From Candidatus Omnitrophota bacterium (lineage in GTDB: Bacteria; Omnitrophota; Gorgyraeia; JAGLLT01), in the NCBI GenBank assembly GCA_030632085.1, contig DAOVJY010000001.1, positions 2,125 to 66,124 on the forward strand: a DNA stretch of 64,000 bases, given 5' to 3'. Below the pieces are notes generated by a model. The model made no database searches, had not been told where the DNA came from, and saw only the letters and a program-made list of their open reading frames with translations. A program made the translations under genes and the position numbers. Of this stretch, positions 58,804 to 64,000 are shown piece by piece (positions within the stretch are counted from its first letter, which is position 1; every line of letters begins with the position of its first letter).

Positions 58804-59616
58804 TTACATATTACCAAAGTAAAATATAGCGGTTAATATCGCGTCAGCTAAAATTATCAAAACAAACGAAGTAACTACGCTCTCAGTTGTCGCCCTACCA
58901 ACACCCTCAGCGCCTCCTTCTGTATTTAAACCCTTATAGCAAGCAATAAGGCAGATAATTACACCAAAAACGGCACTTTTAAATAGTCCTGTCATGATAT
59001 CTTTTAAGGCCAGAAACTCCTTTGTCATCTCAATATACAAATGGCCGTTAATATTTAAGTTCGTAACCCCTATAATAAAACCACCTAAAATACCGCTTAA
59101 ATCAGCTATTGCCGTTAATGCCGGCATCATAATCAACAAAGCCAAAAATCTGGGAACAACTAAAAATCTAATCGGATTTATAGCCATGGTTTCCAAAGAC
59201 TCTATCTGCTCGGTCACTTTCATGCTGCCTAATTGAGCGGTAATAGCCGCGCCCACTCGGCCGGCTACAACCAGAGCGGTCAATACCGGCCCCAGTTCTC
59301 TTGTTATAGAAACGGCAACCAATCCGGTTACATAGATAACCGCGCCTAACTGCTGTAGTTGATAGGCGCTCTGCATAGCTAATACAAAACCGGTAAATAT
59401 GGCAATAAAAAAGACAATGATGATTGACTTAACACCAACAAAGACCATTTGCTCAAAAATAGTTTCTCGGTTGGCCGCCTTACCTTTAAAAGGGCCGATA
59501 AAAAGCCAATGCAGCACCTGCATAAAAAGATAAAATATATCCGTGATAGTCCTAAGCAAGGAATTAACTTTTGCTCCTAAAGAACTTATGAAATCAACCG
59601 GTTTTTTATTTTCCAT
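58804..59616 (-). CDS. mlaE: MlaE-type ABC permease
   Basis: RELGPVLTAL..AGRVG, MKVTEQI, LVVPR, GAEGVGRATT.SVV. Confidence 0.93.
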   Translation of the reverse strand: MENKKPVDFISSLGAKVNSLLRTITDIFYLFMQVLHWLFIGPFKGKAANRETIFEQMVFVGVKSIIIVFFIAIFTGFVLAMQSAYQLQQLGAVIYVTGLVAVSITRELGPVLTALVVAGRVGAAITAQLGSMKVTEQIESLETMAINPIRFLVVPRFLALLIMMPALTAIADLSGILGGFIIGVTNLNINGHLYIEMTKEFLALKDIMTGLFKSAVFGVIICLIACYKGLNTEGGAEGVGRATTESVVTSFVLIILADAILTAIFYFGNM

Positions 59617-59619
59617 ATC

Positions 59620-59952
59620 TTAAAATGAGGTTATCGCTTTTTCTTCGGAATCTTCAAAATCGAAAATATCTTTTAATCTGACCATATCAAGAATTTCTTT
59701 TATCTTCTCAGGCGTCTCGGCCAGCTTTAAATCACCTTCAGCGCTTTTTACTTTTTGTAAAAGCTCTACCAGTGTAGCCATTCCGGAACTATCTATATAT
59801 CCTACATTCTTCAAATTAATAACTACTTTTTTTACTCCCTGATCTACAGCCTCAATAAGTTTTTTTCTCAAATCGGGTGATGTCGAAAATGTAATCTCTC
59901 CGCTAACTCTACAGATAATCATATCATCTTTTTTTTCTATAAGAATATCCAC
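59620..59952 (-). CDS. STAS domain protein (anti-anti-sigma RsbV/SpoIIAA-like; possibly MlaB role)
   Basis: VSGEI, V.YIDSSG.ATL with the phosphorylatable Ser. Confidence 0.9.
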   Translation of the reverse strand: MDILIEKKDDMIICRVSGEITFSTSPDLRKKLIEAVDQGVKKVVINLKNVGYIDSSGMATLVELLQKVKSAEGDLKLAETPEKIKEILDMVRLKDIFDFEDSEEKAITSF

Positions 59953-59954
59953 CT

Positions 59955-60368
59955 TTAATCTCCCTTTTTTATTTTTTTTATCATAGTAATTTGATTGCCC
60001 TTATCATTAAAACATACTTCATCCATCAGGCGGCGTATCAAATAAACACCTCTGCCTTTTAACTCCTGACGATTTTCTTCTAATGTCGGATCCGGAAGGT
60101 TTTCATAATCAAAACCCTCACCCGCGTCAGTTATGATGATTTTTAAAATATCGTTATCTACATTATAGGCTATTTCAATAGGTAGGCCGGAATTTAGTTT
60201 ATTGCCGTACTTCATGGCATTTATCAATGCTTCTTCTATACAAAGGCGTATATCCAATAAATCATAGGCGGTTAAATTATATGGTAGGAGAGATTGCAGT
60301 ATTCGCGCGCTTGCTTCTTTAACTTTTTTAAGCTCACTGGGAATTTTCATCGCTTCAGATAGTCTCAC
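59955..60368 (-). CDS. RsbW/SpoIIAB-type anti-sigma Ser kinase
   Basis: EALINAMKYGN (N box), DAGEGFD (G1), GRGVYLI..LMD (G2); start at GTG 60368 behind GGGGG is tentative. Confidence 0.9.
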   Translation of the reverse strand: MRLSEAMKIPSELKKVKEASARILQSLLPYNLTAYDLLDIRLCIEEALINAMKYGNKLNSGLPIEIAYNVDNDILKIIITDAGEGFDYENLPDPTLEENRQELKGRGVYLIRRLMDEVCFNDKGNQITMIKKIKKGD

Positions 60369-60453
60369 ATCCGCCCCTTTGTTTAGTTTTTTATTATTAT
60401 ACATAATTTATGGGTATCTTGTAAACCGTTTTCTTTGCTTTTCTTAAAATATA

Positions 60454-63021
60454 ATGTATAATAATTCTATGAAAAGATATTTATTATTTGTACTTCCTTT
60501 TTTATTAATAGCACTTTTCTCTTGCGATTATCCTAAAGTTAAAAAGAGAGACACGCAAGCACCTCTTATCCCCGCACGGGAAGCTCTCAAGCTTAATGAT
60601 GATCAACTCCTTGATGAAATAGAGTACCGCATTTTTAATTATTTCTGGAATGAAATATATCCTGAGACGGGAATTGCCTATGATCACACCCGGAACAAAA
60701 TAGGCAAGGTGGCGGCAACGGGCTTTGAATTAGTCGCCGTTTGCATCGGGATTGATAGAGGTTGGGTTAGTTATGAAGAGGGTTACAAAAGATGCCTGCT
60801 TATCTTAAATACCTTTTGGGATGACCCGGACGACCCGGATGATATATTCGCTGAGGGAAAATACGGCCTCTACTGGCACTTTATTGACGGCCGCACGGGA
60901 AAGAAAAGTCCCATAGACTGTGTCGCCATGTGTGATAGCGCCGATTTTATCGCGGGCGCTTTAATCGCGGGGGAGTACTTTAAAGGAACTGAAATTGAAG
61001 AACTTTCAAAAAAAATATACGATAACGTTGAGTGGGATAAATTTGCCGCCTACAATGATAACGGACAAGCGGGACTGTTGTCTTACGGCTGGGTGCCGCC
61101 GGAGATATCAGAAAGTTATTATGATATAGACGGACTCATACCTATGAATATGGGGTTCCTAAATGATAACTCCCTACTTATATACGCGATGGCCTTAGGG
61201 TCTAAAACGCACCCTATATCTAAAAATACCTGGCAAGCTTACGTGAATACTTATGCCAAAGGAGAATACGCGGGTTACAACTGCCATATGGCGGGAGCTC
61301 TTTTTGAACGGGAAGTGCCCTTTTCGTTTATTGACCCCAGACGAAAACGAGATTTGAATATAGATTATTATCAAGATACTATAAATGCTATATTAGCCGA
61401 TATGGCCTTCAATCAAAAAGAAAACCGGTATCCCTCCTGGGCCTGGGGCCTAAGCGACTGCTTCGGTAAAAATACATACTCGCATGCCGCTCCCCCGGGA
61501 TATACCGCCAACGACGGCACTATAGCCACCAACGCCTTTGTCTGCTCCCTGCCCTTTGTGCCTGAAATATCTTTGAGGTCTATCAGAAAATCAATAGAGC
61601 GCTACGGTGATAAATATTGGGGAAAATACGGCCTGCCCAGCTCATATAACTTAAAAACGGATTTTATCAGCCCCTATTATGTAGGCATAGAAACCGGCCC
61701 TATGATATGCATGATTGAAAATTACAGAAGCGGCATGGTCTGGGATTTATTCGCGCGAACGGATGTTATGCGTAATTTTATTAAACGAGGTAACTTCTCC
61801 GGAGTAATTGACGACTTTGAACTGCCGCCGGAAGCTCCATCGTATGCCTTATGGAATTCCACTGATGGAAGTTTTGAAATACGCGCGGGCAACAACCCTC
61901 AACACGGAAGCAAATGCCTTTCAATTACATCCACCGCCAACCGTATTATCTTAATCGCGAAACTCTCCGAAAACGATTTATTAAAATATAATTTCAATAA
62001 ATATATTTCTTTATGGAGCCGCAATATCGAAATTAATTCCGTCTCAATTAAAACCGGGCGCTTCTTTTTTAAAAAACTTCAACCCTCGGGTTATGTAGAT
62101 TCGCAAATCTGGCGGCATTATTATTTTAAACTACCTGAAAATATAACCGGCAGACAGCTAAAGTCCATATCACTTGACTGCAAAACAACAGGACGGAGTC
62201 CCGCCATAGATAACATAACCTGTGAATTTAAAAATATAACCCAAGTTCCCGCGAAAGTAAAATTTATCTTAGCCCAAGAGGGCAAAATTGGTAAAACCAT
62301 CAAACTTAACTGGAAAAAATCCGACGACGAAAATATAAAAGAATATATTATTTACGTAAGCAAAAAACCAATAGTAAATAATGAAGATTTTAAAAACGCG
62401 GAAAAAATAGTACTGGCCAATTCTAATAATAATTCCGAGGTAATTGGTAAAACCATCCTCAAAAAAGATAACGGCCTTTACTATTTCAACGTAAGAACAA
62501 AAAATAAATGGGGCCATATAAGCCCGCCTTCGGATTGCCTTTCATCAAAAAGCAATCCCGGCAGCTGCAATCCCATGCTTTATGATTTTAGCTCCCCCTG
62601 CTTATCTAAATGGCAGCCCAGCAACCCCGACTGGAAACTTGAGATAGTTAAAATCATAAATGAGCAAGCCGCGGAAACCGATGCCCTTAAAATTCATTTT
62701 ATTAAAACGGATAACGCCTGGGATTATATTGAGATTGAAGTTGATCCGGAACTGCTGGCTATTCACCGCTATTTAGCTATCAAAGTCAAAGGTAAAGCAA
62801 AAATATTAGCTAAATTGTTTATTAAAAAGAGTGAACAGCAGGATATTGAAATAATCGAAGCTAAAAATGAGGGCTGGAATTTATTAATCTTTGATATGCG
62901 GCTGGCTTCTCAATTAAGAGACCGCCTGGATAAGGTTGTTAAAATACTTCTTTTTATTGAACCCGGTTCAGTAAATGTTGAAGGTGACATTTATATCGAC
63001 GAAATTAAAATGCTGAATTAA
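60454..63021 (+). CDS. Divergent glucoamylase/GH144-like lipoprotein with C-terminal FN3/CBM-like domains
   Basis: Lipobox LFSC; FNYFWNE..PETG, AATGF, WGLSD, DGTIA, WGKYG, IENYRSG; C-terminal IYIDEIK. Confidence 0.8.
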   Translation: MYNNSMKRYLLFVLPFLLIALFSCDYPKVKKRDTQAPLIPAREALKLNDDQLLDEIEYRIFNYFWNEIYPETGIAYDHTRNKIGKVAATGFELVAVCIGIDRGWVSYEEGYKRCLLILNTFWDDPDDPDDIFAEGKYGLYWHFIDGRTGKKSPIDCVAMCDSADFIAGALIAGEYFKGTEIEELSKKIYDNVEWDKFAAYNDNGQAGLLSYGWVPPEISESYYDIDGLIPMNMGFLNDNSLLIYAMALGSKTHPISKNTWQAYVNTYAKGEYAGYNCHMAGALFEREVPFSFIDPRRKRDLNIDYYQDTINAILADMAFNQKENRYPSWAWGLSDCFGKNTYSHAAPPGYTANDGTIATNAFVCSLPFVPEISLRSIRKSIERYGDKYWGKYGLPSSYNLKTDFISPYYVGIETGPMICMIENYRSGMVWDLFARTDVMRNFIKRGNFSGVIDDFELPPEAPSYALWNSTDGSFEIRAGNNPQHGSKCLSITSTANRIILIAKLSENDLLKYNFNKYISLWSRNIEINSVSIKTGRFFFKKLQPSGYVDSQIWRHYYFKLPENITGRQLKSISLDCKTTGRSPAIDNITCEFKNITQVPAKVKFILAQEGKIGKTIKLNWKKSDDENIKEYIIYVSKKPIVNNEDFKNAEKIVLANSNNNSEVIGKTILKKDNGLYYFNVRTKNKWGHISPPSDCLSSKSNPGSCNPMLYDFSSPCLSKWQPSNPDWKLEIVKIINEQAAETDALKIHFIKTDNAWDYIEIEVDPELLAIHRYLAIKVKGKAKILAKLFIKKSEQQDIEIIEAKNEGWNLLIFDMRLASQLRDRLDKVVKILLFIEPGSVNVEGDIYIDEIKMLN

Positions 63022-63031
63022 TTCTAAAAAA

Positions 63032-63841
63032 TTACAAATTATTTTTTTTACCGTTAAAAAAATCCTTAATAATACTTTGCAGGTATTTCTCGCCGGTTAA
63101 ACCCCTCTTTTTAAAAAGCGGAGATAAATCTAAGCCGTAAATAAGCGCCTTTTTTCCGGAAAACTTATGACTCTTATTAAATATAGCGTTAGCTCTTAAT
63201 CTTCCCAAAACAGCCTCATCATAACGATGCCCTTTATAGTATTGTGATTTATAAACAGCTAAAAGCTTCTTTATTAAATCAACTGATGAACTCACGTCAA
63301 AAGCCGCTTTGTACTTCTCCGGCAGCCATTCCAGCGAACCCCAGACTTCCATGCCGTAAATAGCTTTAGGACGTTTATTTAAAGGTAGTTTTTTAATCGA
63401 AGAAATGACAGCTTGGGTTACAGCCACATGGGTAGGATGATTATCAAATAAGCTATGAGTATAAATAGTTTCTATAGACATTTGCTTAATAAGATTAAAT
63501 ATTTTATCTACCACCTCGCGTTTCTTTTGAAAATTCTTTATATCTCTACTTGAAATTCGCAAAAAAGCAACACCGCTATATCTTCCCGCGCGCGCGGCCA
63601 GCTCTTGCTCCTTTTCTCTAATCCCTTGAATTTTATCAGGAGATAAATTCTTATAATCGGGCTTTATGGGCGCTCCTTTATTATCACCTACAACAATCCC
63701 AAAAAAGCCCCCGGGCTTTTGGGCTATGGGCTTAAGGGCTAATATCTCAATGTCATCCGCGTGGGCTACTATGGCCAGATGCTTATTTCTTTTATATACC
63801 GCGCCTAAGGGCTGTTTATCCGGAATATATATCTTAATCAT
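63032..63841 (-). CDS. PIG-L family deacetylase
   Basis: AHADDIE, R.KEQ..AA, YTH...D.HPTH, YGMEVW. Confidence 0.85.
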   Translation of the reverse strand: MIKIYIPDKQPLGAVYKRNKHLAIVAHADDIEILALKPIAQKPGGFFGIVVGDNKGAPIKPDYKNLSPDKIQGIREKEQELAARAGRYSGVAFLRISSRDIKNFQKKREVVDKIFNLIKQMSIETIYTHSLFDNHPTHVAVTQAVISSIKKLPLNKRPKAIYGMEVWGSLEWLPEKYKAAFDVSSSVDLIKKLLAVYKSQYYKGHRYDEAVLGRLRANAIFNKSHKFSGKKALIYGLDLSPLFKKRGLTGEKYLQSIIKDFFNGKKNNL

Positions 63842-64000
63842 TTAAAACCTTATGAAGAAATCGACGTAAGGATTATCCGCTCTCTTTGACATCTTTTTGT
63901 AGTAGTAACTCATCGACATCAGAATGAATCCCGTTACGATAAGCAAAAAGGCTACAATTACTCTTAGAAGCGGTTCAAAGACAACTATTAATATGCCTGA
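63842..64000 (-). CDS. Small membrane protein, C-terminal part (runs off window end)
   Basis: SGILIVVFEPLLRVIVAFLLIVTGFILM...DNPYVDFFIRF*, abutting the PIG-L start. Confidence 0.6.
   Translation of the reverse strand, partial: SGILIVVFEPLLRVIVAFLLIVTGFILMSMSYYYKKMSKRADNPYVDFFIRF

Noticed and set aside
1-64000. tRNA, rRNA, integrase or transposase genes
   Set aside because: None were recognised in intergenic gaps or ORF translations; a covariance search would be needed to exclude small RNAs.

Overview
AT-rich bacterial chromosomal window. The lineage is probably an anaerobic diderm such as Candidatus Omnitrophota/PVC; this is inferred from gene content only. Housekeeping part (1-23 kb): FMN-riboswitch-led ribBA-ribH-nusB-ribD-ribE, a GAF-GGDEF gene, smc with NrdR-like boxes, and a long minus-strand run rsmD(frameshifted)-coaD-pta-ackA-[yceD remnant]-rpmF-plsX-fabH-fabD-fabG-acpP-fabF that continues directly into an acyl-CoA dehydrogenase plus EtfB and a ferredoxin-fused EtfA. 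Next comes a HAD/GT4/beta-PGM/GH65 sugar cluster (23-27.9 kb). The 27.9-34 kb segment is heavily deleted and duplicated: a GH35::dtd chimera, a truncated LacI, intact and decayed copies of a GspK-like/ALYCY-repeat gene pair, and a ~145-bp direct repeat. The rest holds two glucoamylase/GH144-like lipoproteins, TolC-RND, MATE, an archaeal-type Hel308 helicase, a FecR-TSP3 protein, a beta-barrel, and an operon that embeds an MlaEFD (MCE) transporter in an RsbW/STAS/CHASE2-PP2C partner-switch module. Intergenic DNA carries degenerate heptamer tracts and several families of small palindromic elements. No rRNA, tRNA, CRISPR or transposase was recognised. The best candidates for new biology are the fab-coupled Bcd/Etf-like module, the phospho-switch MCE operon, and the small palindromic elements with a direct-inverted-direct 4-bp signature.
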